Positions 18,641-28,166 of a stretch of DNA of 64,000 bases are shown here, piece by piece. The stretch lies in assembly GCA_964519455.1 (NCBI GenBank), contig CAZFIU010000012.1:2775-66774 (forward strand), written 5' to 3'. Position 1 is the first letter of the stretch, and every line of letters begins with the position of its first letter. The notes beneath the pieces are model-generated. The model saw only the letters and a list, made by a program, of their open reading frames with translations. It was not told the DNA's origin and searched no databases. Source of the DNA: an uncultured Syntrophobacterales bacterium. GTDB lineage: Bacteria > Desulfobacterota > Binatia > UBA9968 > JAJDTQ01. The translations under genes and the position numbers were made by a program.

Positions 18641-19395
18641 CCCCGGGTCAAGTCCCTGCTCAGTCCGATGCGCGCGGCGAACGGAAGCTTGAGAGCGGGC
18701 CGCGCCACGTCGACGCCGAACACCAGCCCGAGGAGGTTTATCTCCAGCCCTTCCTGCAACGCCAGTGTGACGCCCAGGACGCCGTAGAGCGAGACTTGCC
18801 ATCCGCTGCGGCTCGGCGCGGGCGCGAGAATGCGGCCCCCGTCCAGGTAGTCCTTGCCGAGGGCGTTGGAGGGCAACGCGGCGCCCAGCTCCGGGACGTT
18901 GCGGGCGACGTAGGCCGTGAACGTGTTGCTGTTGGGTCCGGGCCACAGGCGGTACTCTTCCGGATAGGGATAGCTCCGGGCGGCTTTCCGGATGCCCTCG
19001 ATGGCGCGTTCGGCGACGGCTCCGCGCAGGTCCGCCAGCACCCGGGGACGGCTGTCGAACCACAGCCGATCGGGGATGTCCTCGTGCACCGCCACTACCG
19101 GCAGACCGCGGTACAAGCGCCAACCGACCACCTGGTACACGACGTACGAAGAGGCCCCGGCCTCCTTCGAGGCGATCCAGGTGTGGACGCCGAATATGCC
19201 GCGCCAGTTGAAGGCGCGGGCGGCGTACATCTGCACGACCGCCTCCGGCGTCACCGCGGGCTCCGGCGCGATGCCGGAGCTTTCGCGGCTGGCTGTGCGC
19301 CAGTCCCGGTTCCACGCCCCGGACGCGCCGACCGCGAACACAGAGACGAGCGCCAGGGACAGAAGAATCAGCAAGGTGGTCAGAATGTTCCGCAC
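18637..19395 (-). CDS. Membrane-anchored hypothetical protein (DUF3750-like)
   Basis: It has an N-terminal transmembrane segment MRNILTTLLILLSLALVSVFAV and is translationally coupled to the DMT transporter. The family assignment is from memory only. Confidence 0.5.
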   Translation of the reverse strand: MRNILTTLLILLSLALVSVFAVGASGAWNRDWRTASRESSGIAPEPAVTPEAVVQMYAARAFNWRGIFGVHTWIASKEAGASSYVVYQVVGWRLYRGLPVVAVHEDIPDRLWFDSRPRVLADLRGAVAERAIEGIRKAARSYPYPEEYRLWPGPNSNTFTAYVARNVPELGAALPSNALGKDYLDGGRILAPAPSRSGWQVSLYGVLGVTLALQEGLEINLLGLVFGVDVARPALKLPFAARIGLSRDLTRG

Positions 19396-19545
19396 GGGGC
19401 TGCCGTATGGGCGTCCCCTACACGTGGGACGCGCCCCGCAAACTTCTTGACACCCAATCCAAGGGTTCGTTAACTAGTGCTGGTGTGCGGGGTAGAGAGA
19501 GATTCCTGGTGCGAGTCTAGGTGAATTCCGCCGAGGAGACAAATC

Positions 19546-20634
19546 ATGACACGGAACGGACATCGCATGGTGGTGGACGCGGACGCCCACGTCCTCGAGA
19601 CCGAGCGCACCTGGGACTACCTCGAAGGGTCCGACAGGAAGTTCAGGCCCGCGCTGTTCGGCTCGCCGGACATGGACATGCAGTACTGGGTCATGGACGG
19701 CAAGATCCGCGGCGCGCGTTTCGCCACCCTGAGCGAGCAGCAGCTCGACGCGCTGTCCGAGAAGGCGGGGCGGCGGCTCACCACGCCGCAGGCCTCCCGC
19801 GAGATGGATGACGTGGACCTGCGCCTGGCGCACCTCGACGAGCTGGGCGTGGACGTGCAGGTGATGCACAACACCATGTGGATCGAGCGGGTGACCGACC
19901 GGGCGGACGCCGAAGTCGCGCTGTGCCTCGCGTGGAACCGCTGGATGGCGGACGTGTGGAAGGCGGGGGAGGGGCGGCTCCGGTGGTCCTGCGTGATCCC
20001 GGCCATGGCCCTGGACGAGGCGGTGCAGCAGATGCGCTTCGCGCGCGAGCACGGCGCGGTGGCGGTGTGCATGCGCCCCTTCGAGGGCGACCGGCACATG
20101 GTGGACCCTTACTTCTATCCCGTGTTCGAGGAGGCCTCGGCGCTGGACCTGGCCATGGGCGTGCACATCGCCAACGCGAGCACGGGACTCATGGCGCACT
20201 TCCGCCCGCGCTACGACAAGACCGGCGGCTTCGCGCCGTTCCGCATCCCCACGGTGATTGCCTGCCTCTCGCTCATCATGAGCGAGGTGCCACACGTTTT
20301 CCCCAAGCTTCGCTGGGGGTTCATCGAGACTTCGGCCCAGTGGATCCCCTGGATCGTCAACGAGGCCCGGCGGCGCTCCGGCACGGCCGACTATCCCGAC
20401 AATCCGCTCAAGGAGTACAACGTCTACGTCACCGCCCAGTGCGACGACGATTTCCCCTACGTGCTGAAGTACGCGGGCGAGGACAACATCGTCATCGGCA
20501 CCGACTACGGCCACACCGACACGTCCAGCGAGGTGGACGCCATCACGCGATTCAAGGCCGAGCCGACGGTGGACGACGCGGCGCGCTGGAAGATCCTGAG
20601 CGACAACCCGAAGGAACTCTACGGCATCGAATAG
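19546..20634 (+). CDS. Amidohydrolase-2 family (ACMSD-like metal-dependent hydrolase), paralog 1
   Basis: Translation begins MTRNGHRMVVDADAHVLETERTWDYL and ends with ...GTDYGHTD, with the HxH and D metal ligands of PF04909-type enzymes. Confidence 0.8.
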   Translation: MTRNGHRMVVDADAHVLETERTWDYLEGSDRKFRPALFGSPDMDMQYWVMDGKIRGARFATLSEQQLDALSEKAGRRLTTPQASREMDDVDLRLAHLDELGVDVQVMHNTMWIERVTDRADAEVALCLAWNRWMADVWKAGEGRLRWSCVIPAMALDEAVQQMRFAREHGAVAVCMRPFEGDRHMVDPYFYPVFEEASALDLAMGVHIANASTGLMAHFRPRYDKTGGFAPFRIPTVIACLSLIMSEVPHVFPKLRWGFIETSAQWIPWIVNEARRRSGTADYPDNPLKEYNVYVTAQCDDDFPYVLKYAGEDNIVIGTDYGHTDTSSEVDAITRFKAEPTVDDAARWKILSDNPKELYGIE

Positions 20635-20672
20635 GGGCCGGCCCGCGGGTCGCGCACGAAAGGAGAAGGAAC

Positions 20673-21758
20673 ATGTCCGGCAACGGCAAGACCTTGGTGG
20701 TGGACTCGGACGCCCACGTGGTGGAGACCGAGCACACGTGGGACTACCTGGAAGCGTCCGAGAAGAAGTTCCGCCCGCAGCTCTTCGCCCCCGAGGACTC
20801 CACGACACAGTACTGGGTGCTGGACGGGAAGGTGCTGGGGTTCCGTTTCCGCACCCTGAGCGAGCAGCAGCTCGACGAGGTCTCGGCCCAGGCCGGGCGG
20901 CAGATGCAGACGCCCAAGGAGGCGCGGGAACTGCGCGACGTGCAGCTCCGCGTCGACCACCTGGACAAGCTCGGCATCGATGTCCAGGTCCTCTACAACA
21001 CGCTCTGGATAGAGCAGGTGACCGACCGCGTCGACGTCGAGATCGCCCTGTGCGCGAGCTGGAACCGCTGGATGGCGGACGTGTGGAAACAGGGGGGCAA
21101 CCGGCTCCGCTGGGTGTGCGTGGTGCCGGCCATGACCATCTCCGAAGCGCTGGAGCAGATCCGCTTCAGCAAGGAGAACGGCGCGGTGGGCGTGTGCCTG
21201 CGCCCCTTCGAGGACGACCGGCACCTGGTGGACCCCTACTTCTACCCGATCTTCGACGAGGCCATGCGCCTCGACATGATGATGGGCATCCACATCGCCA
21301 TCGGCAGCCCCAGGATGGCCTCGCAGTTCCGGCCGCGCTACGACAGCGGCGGCGGACTGCCGGTGTTCCGCATCCCCACGGTCTCCCAGTGCTTCACGCT
21401 GATGATGAGCGAGGTGCCCAAGGTCTTTCCGGACCTGCGCTGGGGCTTCATCGAGTCATCGGCCCAGTGGGTGCCGTGGGTGGTGAACGAGACCATCCGG
21501 AGGTCCGGGACCGCGGAATACCCCAGGGATCCCATGAAAGCGTTCAACATCTACGTGTCGGCCCAGACCGACGACGACTTCCCTTACGTCCTCAAGTACG
21601 CGGGCGACGACAATATCGTCATCGGCACGGACTACGGCCACACCGACGCCTCCAGCGAGGTGGACGCCTTCACCATCTTCAACGGCAACGACACCATTTC
21701 GGCGGAACAGAAGCGGAAGATCCTGAGCGACAACGGACGGGCGCTGTACGGACTGTAG
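20673..21758 (+). CDS. Amidohydrolase-2 family, paralog 2
   Basis: Translation begins MSGNGKTLVVDSDAHVVETEHTWDYL. An RBS aggagaagga lies upstream. It is highly similar to paralog 1. Confidence 0.8.
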   Translation: MSGNGKTLVVDSDAHVVETEHTWDYLEASEKKFRPQLFAPEDSTTQYWVLDGKVLGFRFRTLSEQQLDEVSAQAGRQMQTPKEARELRDVQLRVDHLDKLGIDVQVLYNTLWIEQVTDRVDVEIALCASWNRWMADVWKQGGNRLRWVCVVPAMTISEALEQIRFSKENGAVGVCLRPFEDDRHLVDPYFYPIFDEAMRLDMMMGIHIAIGSPRMASQFRPRYDSGGGLPVFRIPTVSQCFTLMMSEVPKVFPDLRWGFIESSAQWVPWVVNETIRRSGTAEYPRDPMKAFNIYVSAQTDDDFPYVLKYAGDDNIVIGTDYGHTDASSEVDAFTIFNGNDTISAEQKRKILSDNGRALYGL

Positions 21759-21825
21759 GTGGTGCAGGATTCGGATTCGATGGGCTGTTCCGGCTCCATG
21801 CTTCCAGCTTCCGCAACCTTGGGGT

Positions 21826-22395
21826 TCACTTGGCTCCGACCAGCACCGACACGTTGTAGCAGACGCTGGTGAACAGCGGGCTCGTGCTCAGCCCGGTCCA
21901 GACGAAGAGCTTGCCCTCGGCGAAGAAGATGTGCATGCCGCAGTCGAACGCCAGCACCACGGCGCCGAGCACCGCCGCGGTAATGGAGATGACCGCGAAC
22001 CAGTTCTCGCCGGCGCTCTTGAGGTAGAGGAAGGTCATCAGCCCTACGCCGAACTGGAAGCCGAGGAGCCAGATGGCCGCGGCGAAACCGAGGATCCAGC
22101 CGATGATCCCCGCGGTGCGGCGCCGTTCCTCCGCCGGGTCGATGTCCTCGCTTTCCTGCTCCAAGAGCGCCGCGTTGAAAGCGGTCGGTTCCTCGCCGTC
22201 CGCCTGCGCGGGTTTCTCGTCGGTCCCCATGAGCTGTCGCCCGAGCTGGAGCCCCAGCAAGGCCACCGTGGGGAGACCGATCATCCACGCCATGAGGCTT
22301 GCCTGCAACTCCCACTTCGAGGCTTCCCACAGCCCCCAGGCGATCATCAGGAACAACGCGCCGGTGAAGGCGGTGGAGTATCCGCGGAAGCTCAT
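21826..22395 (-). CDS. Tripartite tricarboxylate transporter small subunit (TctB-like)
   Basis: It is a small hydrophobic protein directly downstream of TctA with an ATGA overlap. Confidence 0.65.
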   Translation of the reverse strand: MSFRGYSTAFTGALFLMIAWGLWEASKWELQASLMAWMIGLPTVALLGLQLGRQLMGTDEKPAQADGEEPTAFNAALLEQESEDIDPAEERRRTAGIIGWILGFAAAIWLLGFQFGVGLMTFLYLKSAGENWFAVISITAAVLGAVVLAFDCGMHIFFAEGKLFVWTGLSTSPLFTSVCYNVSVLVGAK

Positions 22396-23993
22396 GAAGA
22401 CGGCTCCGCCGCCCGGCGGCGCCAGCGGTTGCCGACAAGCGGGTAGGCGATGCTCACGATGATGATGCCGAGGATGATGAGCACCCCCGGCCGCGCGAGG
22501 AAGCCGAACTCGTAGCGCGAGTAGGTGATCCACAGGTAGTTGTCGGCCAGCCGTCCCAGCACCAGCCCCAGCAGGAGCGCCGGGCGGGACCAGTCGAACA
22601 TCACCATCAGCCAGCCCAGGCCGCCGAAGATCAGCGTGATGACGATGTCGCCGATGCTGTTGCTGTGGGTGTAGGAGCCCAGGTAGATGAACAGCAACAG
22701 CGGCGGGATCAGCAGCGTCCCCTTGATCCGCGTGAGCCGCGCCAACTGGTTCAGGAACAGGAAACACACCGACACGGTGATGACGTTGGACACCACCAGC
22801 ACCCATACCAGCGAGAAGGTGACGTCCAGGTCCTTGGTGAGCATGGAGGTGCCGGGGCGCAGCCCGAGGACCAGAAACGCGCCCAGCAGGATGGCGGTGG
22901 TGACGTTGCCCGGGATGCCGAAGGCGATGGTGGGGATGAGCGCGCCGCCCAGGGTGGAGTTGTTGGCCGCGCCGGGGCCGACGACGCCCTCGATGACCCC
23001 GGTGCCCACCTGGTCCTGCTTGCCCGAGGACTGCATGGCGTGGGCGTACGCCACCCATTGGGAAACGGGTCCGCCCATGCCCGGGATGATGCCGATGTAG
23101 GTGCCCATGGCGCTGCACCGGATCACCAGCCACCAGTGGCGCAGGGCGTCCTTCACTCCCTGGAGAACGCCGCCGAGGCGCCCCACGTGGGCCTGGGCGA
23201 TGCTGCCCCCCTTGGTGGCCAGGTCGATGATCTCAGGAATGGCGAAGAGCCCCACCGTGGCGGGCACCAGCCCGATGCCCGCGCCGCCGGTCTCGCCCCC
23301 GCCCCAGAGATAGATGAAGCCGAAGGTGTAGCGCTCGGTGGCGGTCTGGAGGTCCAGCCCCACCAGCGAGAAGATGAAGCCCAGTCCGCCCGCGGCCAGC
23401 CCCTTGACCACGCTGCCGCCGCTCAGCGCGCCGACGAACGTGACCCCCGCCACGGTGAGCATGAAGAACTCCGGCGTGCCCAGGGACAGCACCAGGGGCG
23501 TGACCACCGGGATCGCCACGGCGATGGCACCGGCACCGACGAGGGCGCCCATGAGCGAGCTCATGAGCGAGGCGCCGAGGGCGCGCCCGGCCTCGCCCTT
23601 CTTGGCCATGGGGTGACCTTCGACGATGGTGGAGGCCGTGGACCCCTCGCCCGGGATGCCGAAGAGGACCGAGGTGATGTCGCCCGTGGTGGCGGTGACC
23701 GCCATCATGCCGAGCAGGAAGGAGAAGGCTTCCACCGCGTCCATCTCGAGCTGGAACGCGAACCCGAGCATGAGCGCCATGGTCACCGGGCCGCCGAGGC
23801 CGGGCAGCATGCCCACGGCGAAGCCGATGAGGTTGCCCAGCAACAGGTACCCGAAGGCGGGCCAGGCGAAGACCCGCACGAGTCCGTTCATGGACGCCGT
23901 CCCGATCTCCGCGGCCATTCCCTCGGCCAGGTAGATCCACAGCGCCAGAACGACCAGGATGACGAGCCAGGTCAGGCGTCGTTTGCCGGTCAC
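22392..23993 (-). CDS. tctA: Tripartite tricarboxylate transporter permease TctA
   Basis: The protein is about 533 aa with many transmembrane spans and is Gly-rich in the TctA pattern. Confidence 0.85.
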   Translation of the reverse strand: MTGKRRLTWLVILVVLALWIYLAEGMAAEIGTASMNGLVRVFAWPAFGYLLLGNLIGFAVGMLPGLGGPVTMALMLGFAFQLEMDAVEAFSFLLGMMAVTATTGDITSVLFGIPGEGSTASTIVEGHPMAKKGEAGRALGASLMSSLMGALVGAGAIAVAIPVVTPLVLSLGTPEFFMLTVAGVTFVGALSGGSVVKGLAAGGLGFIFSLVGLDLQTATERYTFGFIYLWGGGETGGAGIGLVPATVGLFAIPEIIDLATKGGSIAQAHVGRLGGVLQGVKDALRHWWLVIRCSAMGTYIGIIPGMGGPVSQWVAYAHAMQSSGKQDQVGTGVIEGVVGPGAANNSTLGGALIPTIAFGIPGNVTTAILLGAFLVLGLRPGTSMLTKDLDVTFSLVWVLVVSNVITVSVCFLFLNQLARLTRIKGTLLIPPLLLFIYLGSYTHSNSIGDIVITLIFGGLGWLMVMFDWSRPALLLGLVLGRLADNYLWITYSRYEFGFLARPGVLIILGIIIVSIAYPLVGNRWRRRAAEPSS

Positions 23994-24028
23994 GAGCGTG
24001 AGTGCCCCGTGTCAGCCCAAGGGCTCGT

Positions 24029-25108
24029 TCACGGCTTCTGCGCCAGCGACTTCATCAACTCGAGGGCCTCGGGGTCGCTCTTCTGGATATCCACTACCCG
24101 GTCGATGATGGCCTGGGCCTCGGGCGCGTTCAGGGAGATCACTTCATAGCCGATGGCCTTCTTGAAGTGCGCCCGCATGTCGGGGTCCTTCAGGAAGCGA
24201 TCAAAGGCCGCCGCCATGGTGTTGAAGGTCTCGTCGGGCACGCGCGGCGCGTAGACCCAGCCCCGGCGGACGCCGGCCAGGTACGCCAGCAATTCCATGG
24301 CGCGGAAGCGCACGTCCTTGCGGATGGACTCGCCCTTGAGCTCCAGGACGATCTCGAAGTAGGTGGGGATGTCCGGCAGACGCGGATCCCGGATGATCTT
24401 GCCGTCCTGAACCGTGCCTTCCTGGGCCAGGGGGACCGCGATGCCTTCCTTGATCATGGGCTCCACCGCCGTGAAGTACGAGGCCTGGCTGTCGTTGGTC
24501 ATGTTCAATTCGCCTCGACGGATCGCCGCGCGCATGTCGCCGCTGCCGCCGTAGCCGGTGACCACTTTGTGGTCGAGGTCCAGGATCTTCATGAGCAGGC
24601 GCGGCAGCATGGCCCGCGGGCTCTGGATCGACGTGGTGCCGAAGAAAACTTTCTTCTTCAGCCCCGCCAGATCCGTGCCCTTGCTCACTCCCAGGTCCTT
24701 GCTGGCGAAGGCGATGGTGGTTTCACGCACGCCGCCGATCCAGCGCAGCTTGGCGAGCTCGAACTTGACCTTGTCGGGCTTGAAGATGCTGTCCGTGACC
24801 GAGGTGGAAAACTGGCCGATGATGGTGCCGTCTGCCGGCGCCGAGTTGTAGACCCAGTTCTCGCCCACGATTCCGCCCCCGCCGGGCATGTTGCGGATGA
24901 TCATCGTGGGGTTGCCGGGGACCTGCCTGCCGATGAACGGCAGCATCTGGCGCGCCATGATGTCGGCGGCCCCGCCCACGGTGTAGGGGATCAGGATGGC
25001 GACGGTCTTGCCTTCGAAGGAAACCTCGGCGGCCGTGCGGGCGGCGCTTCCGAAGACGAGGCACAGGACGGCGATGACGGTTGCAAGGGCTGCGGAAAGT
25101 CGTTTCAT
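24029..25108 (-). CDS. Tripartite tricarboxylate transporter substrate-binding protein (TctC/Bug family)
   Basis: It has a signal peptide MKRLSAALATVIAVLCLVFGSAA and the Bug-family-like region NMPGGGGIVGENWVYNSAPADGTIIG. An RBS aaggaaggag lies upstream. Confidence 0.7.
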   Translation of the reverse strand: MKRLSAALATVIAVLCLVFGSAARTAAEVSFEGKTVAILIPYTVGGAADIMARQMLPFIGRQVPGNPTMIIRNMPGGGGIVGENWVYNSAPADGTIIGQFSTSVTDSIFKPDKVKFELAKLRWIGGVRETTIAFASKDLGVSKGTDLAGLKKKVFFGTTSIQSPRAMLPRLLMKILDLDHKVVTGYGGSGDMRAAIRRGELNMTNDSQASYFTAVEPMIKEGIAVPLAQEGTVQDGKIIRDPRLPDIPTYFEIVLELKGESIRKDVRFRAMELLAYLAGVRRGWVYAPRVPDETFNTMAAAFDRFLKDPDMRAHFKKAIGYEVISLNAPEAQAIIDRVVDIQKSDPEALELMKSLAQKP

Positions 25109-25278
25109 GGATTGCTCCTTCCTTGGTTGATCCAAGGTCCTTGTATTGCGGGCCGGGGCTGGATGTCAACCCGGCAAACGCCTCCGGGTGCGGTTTGACA
25201 ACCTCCCGCCCTTCGGCTAAGAACGCGAAATCTTCGGAGAAACCAACTTCCACTCAACAAGTGCGAGAGAGGTGACAC

Positions 25279-26724
25279 ATGCCCAAGAGCCTGGGATCGT
25301 TTCTGGAGGACTGCCGTCGGGAGATTCCCAACGAGGTGGTCCACGTGACCAAGCAGGTGGACCCGGCCCACTACGACGTGAGCGCGCTCATCAAGCACCT
25401 GGACGAGATGCGCAAGTTCCCCATCCTGGTGTTCGACAACCCGCTCAACCTCCACGGACAACCGTCCGACATCAAGCTGACCATGAACTGCGAGATTTCC
25501 CAGGGCAAGACGCAGGTGGCTCTCGGCCTGGACAAGGACACGAGCCGCGAGGTCATGACCGACATCTGCCTGGAACGGGAAGAGCACCGGGTCGAGCCGG
25601 TGGTCATCGAACGGGACCAGGCGCCGGTCATGCAGAACGTCCAGACCGGCAAGGACGTGGACATCTACCAGATCCCGGTGATGCGGCACCATTACATGGA
25701 CGGCGGTCCCTACATTGTCATGTCCACCATCACCAAGGAGCGGCAATCCGGCATCTACAACTGCTCGTACCACCGCATGGAGGTGAAATCGCCCCAGAGC
25801 ACGGCGCTGTACGCCTCGCCGCGCCACCTGTGGAAGATCTTCAAGGACTATGAAGACAACAACATGGAGTGCCCCGTGGCCACCGTGCTGGGACATCACC
25901 CGGCGTACCACATGGGCGCGTGCTACAGCGGCCCGTTCGAGGTGAGCGAGTTCGACATCATCGGCGGCTACATGCAGGAGCCGCTGCGGCTGACGCCGTC
26001 CTCCACCTGGGGCGACAACTTCCTCATCCCGGCCGATGCCGAGGTGGTGATCGAGGGGTTGCTCCAGCCCAACAAGCGCGTGGTGGAAGGCCCCTTCGGC
26101 GAGGCGCCGGGCTACCTCGGGCCGCAGCGCTACACCACCTGCGTGGAGTACAAGGTCACGGCCATGAACTGGCGCAAGGGCGCCATGTTCCAGTCCATCA
26201 TCACTCCGGAAGGGGACAAGCCGTGGATGGACCTGCCGCGCGAGGGCGCCTACCTGCGCCGTTGCCGCGAGGCGGTCCCCGGCGTGACCGCGGTGTGCAA
26301 GATGGGGCGCCACGCCCACTACAACGTCTTCATCGCCATGAAGAAGATGTCCGAGGGCGACCCCGGGCGCGCGGCGGCCGCGGCCCTGACCTTCGACCAC
26401 ACCAAGAACGTCTTCGTGTTCGACGAGGACATCAACGTGTACAACCCCACGGACATCCTGTGGGCGCTGGCCACGCGCGTGCAGCCGCACCGGCAGATCT
26501 CGATCCTGCAGCCGCTGTTCCGCGGCAACTTCCTGGATCCGTCGCTGGTGGACGAGATCAAGACCTCCGGCATGATCGTCGACGCCACGCGGCCGCTGGA
26601 CCGGCCCTTCTCGCCGGTGTCCAAGGTGCCGGACGAGGCCATGGAGCGCGTCAAGGTCGAGGACTTCATCCCGGGCGAGATCCTGTCGCACATCCCCATC
26701 GACCGGACCACGTACTGGTCGTAG
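25279..26724 (+). CDS. UbiD family decarboxylase (prFMN-dependent), paralog 1
   Basis: The protein is 481 aa and carries the UbiD-like segment EGPFGEAPGY, corresponding to E. coli UbiD EGPYGDHTGYY. Confidence 0.85.
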   Translation: MPKSLGSFLEDCRREIPNEVVHVTKQVDPAHYDVSALIKHLDEMRKFPILVFDNPLNLHGQPSDIKLTMNCEISQGKTQVALGLDKDTSREVMTDICLEREEHRVEPVVIERDQAPVMQNVQTGKDVDIYQIPVMRHHYMDGGPYIVMSTITKERQSGIYNCSYHRMEVKSPQSTALYASPRHLWKIFKDYEDNNMECPVATVLGHHPAYHMGACYSGPFEVSEFDIIGGYMQEPLRLTPSSTWGDNFLIPADAEVVIEGLLQPNKRVVEGPFGEAPGYLGPQRYTTCVEYKVTAMNWRKGAMFQSIITPEGDKPWMDLPREGAYLRRCREAVPGVTAVCKMGRHAHYNVFIAMKKMSEGDPGRAAAAALTFDHTKNVFVFDEDINVYNPTDILWALATRVQPHRQISILQPLFRGNFLDPSLVDEIKTSGMIVDATRPLDRPFSPVSKVPDEAMERVKVEDFIPGEILSHIPIDRTTYWS

Positions 26725-26791
26725 GGAGACGGATCCATCCGGCGGCTGCGTAGCGCACCCCGCGGTATCATTCAGGACGAAAGGAACCCTC

Positions 26792-26938
26792 ATGGGTCAG
26801 GCTGTTGAAATCACTTGTCCGAAATGCAGTGAGAAGTTCGTGGTGAACCCGCACATGCTGGGCTCCGGCATGGAGTTTCACTGCCCCTTCTGCGGCGTCT
26901 ACTTCCCCGAGGAAGAGAGTCCCCACATCTGGAAATAG
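26792..26938 (+). CDS. Small zinc-ribbon protein (48 aa): MGQAVEITCPKCSEKFVVNPHMLGSGMEFHCPFCGVYFPEEESPHIWK
   Basis: The translation has two CxxC pairs. An RBS aaaggaa lies upstream. The ORF is too short for the six-frame track. It sits just upstream of the nucleotidyltransferase gene. Confidence 0.45.
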   Translation: MGQAVEITCPKCSEKFVVNPHMLGSGMEFHCPFCGVYFPEEESPHIWK

Positions 26939-26968
26939 GAGAGTTCGTCGTCCCACGACTTCTTCGAT

Positions 26969-27898
26969 TTGAGGCGCCTCTTCGCTTTCCGGGAGGCGCT
27001 GGAACGGATCGAGGCCGCGGATGTGCCCGAGGCCGTCCTGGTGGACGGCCGGGAGCCCGTCCGCGGCGGCCGTGTGGGCGTCTTGCCGGGTTCCTTCAAC
27101 CCGCCTACCGTCGCCCACCTGGAGCTGGCCCGGGCGGCCCGGCGCCGGTTTGAACTCGACACCGTCGCCTTCTCCCTCAGCAGCGTCATCGTCGACAAGG
27201 AACGCGTGGAAGGGCTGTGCCGCGAGGACCGGCTCCTGCTGCTCAGCCTGTTGAGCGCGGACGACGCCGGGGCCGCGGCCGTCGTGGTCAACCGCGGCCT
27301 CTACTCCGAACAGGCGCCGGCGTTCCGCGCGTGCTTCGGCGGAGACGCGGACTTGTGGTTCATCGTGGGCATGGACAAGGTGCTGCAGATCTTCGACCGC
27401 AAGTACTACGAAGACCGCGACGCCGCCCTGGACACGCTGTTTGCGCACGCGCGGTTGATCGCCGCCAACCGCGAAACCTGGGGCGGCGAGGCGCTCCGCG
27501 CACTGCTGGACCGGCCCGAGAACGCTCCTTACAAGGACCGGGTGGAACCGCTGGCGTTGCCGCCGCACCTCCGGCACCAGTCTTCCAGCGCCGTGCGGCA
27601 CGGAATCGAGGGTGGGGAGCCGGCGGCCGATGTCATCCCGCCGCGGGTGCGGGAGTTCATCGAAGCCACGGGCGCGTACAGGGAGCCCTACGCGCTGCGT
27701 GTGGCGGCCCTCGACACCCTCTATCCGGTGCGTGAATGGGCGGAGGCGGAGGTGGCCGTGGACGCGTTGCTGGCGCGAGCGGGGGAATCCGGTGCGGCAG
27801 GTGGGCGTGTACGTGAGATCCTCCACTCGCCGATGGCGTCCGAGGACCTCAAGACCGGGCTGGCGACGCTGGGCCTCACGCGTTCCCGTGTTCGATGA
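26969..27898 (+). CDS. Cytidylyltransferase-like nucleotidyltransferase (NadD/NMNAT-like) with a ~120-aa C-terminal extension
   Basis: Translation contains GVLPGSFNPPTVAHLELA, which matches the (H/T)xGH nucleotidyltransferase motif. The start codon is uncertain (TTG at 26969). Confidence 0.6.
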   Translation: MRRLFAFREALERIEAADVPEAVLVDGREPVRGGRVGVLPGSFNPPTVAHLELARAARRRFELDTVAFSLSSVIVDKERVEGLCREDRLLLLSLLSADDAGAAAVVVNRGLYSEQAPAFRACFGGDADLWFIVGMDKVLQIFDRKYYEDRDAALDTLFAHARLIAANRETWGGEALRALLDRPENAPYKDRVEPLALPPHLRHQSSSAVRHGIEGGEPAADVIPPRVREFIEATGAYREPYALRVAALDTLYPVREWAEAEVAVDALLARAGESGAAGGRVREILHSPMASEDLKTGLATLGLTRSRVR

Positions 27899-27956
27899 CG
27901 CGAAACACCTCGAAACGTCATCGATAGAACAATAAAGTGTTGTTCAGTGATTTCTG

Positions 27957-28145
27957 GTAGTTACGGAATCCCGCTACACCCCGGCGAGTCATTCCCGCGG
28001 AAGCGGGAATCCAGGCGGGGTGGGGCCGGGCAATGAGGCCCCCCCACCCCTGGATTCCCGCTTCCGCGGGAATGACGTTTCGGTGGGGGGTGGCTCCCTC
28101 AGATGACGTTTGACACGGTCTGTTTCGCGGGAATGACGAAACGGG
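27957..28145. repeat. Composite palindromic extragenic repeat: module A TACGGAATCCCGCTACACC...GTCATTCCCGCGGAAGCGGGAATCCAGG (27988-28015) with its inverted copy (28049-28076), plus module C GTTTGACACGGTCTGTTTCGCGGGAATGACG (28108-28138)
   Basis: Inverted repeats read directly. It is intergenic, between convergent genes, and the same modules recur elsewhere in the window. Confidence 0.8.
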
Positions 28146-28166
28146 GCGTCCACGTGAGTTGGGCAT

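Noticed and set aside
21826-23133. 435-aa ORF spanning the TctB gene and part of tctA
   Set aside because: Only the C-terminal 189 aa (21826-22395, MSFRGY...) form the hydrophobic TctB-like protein. The remainder is an Arg/His/Pro-rich out-of-frame overlap with tctA.
27918-28166. Short ORFs translated from the palindromic repeats (e.g. 27918-28166-, 48267-49178-, 61030-61335-, 60950-61282-) giving peptides such as PAWIPASAGMTRRGVAGF and SFPRKLALDPDRGRGQAFAGMT
   Set aside because: They are artefacts of translating the repeat elements. The same peptide fragments recur wherever the repeat occurs, in both orientations.
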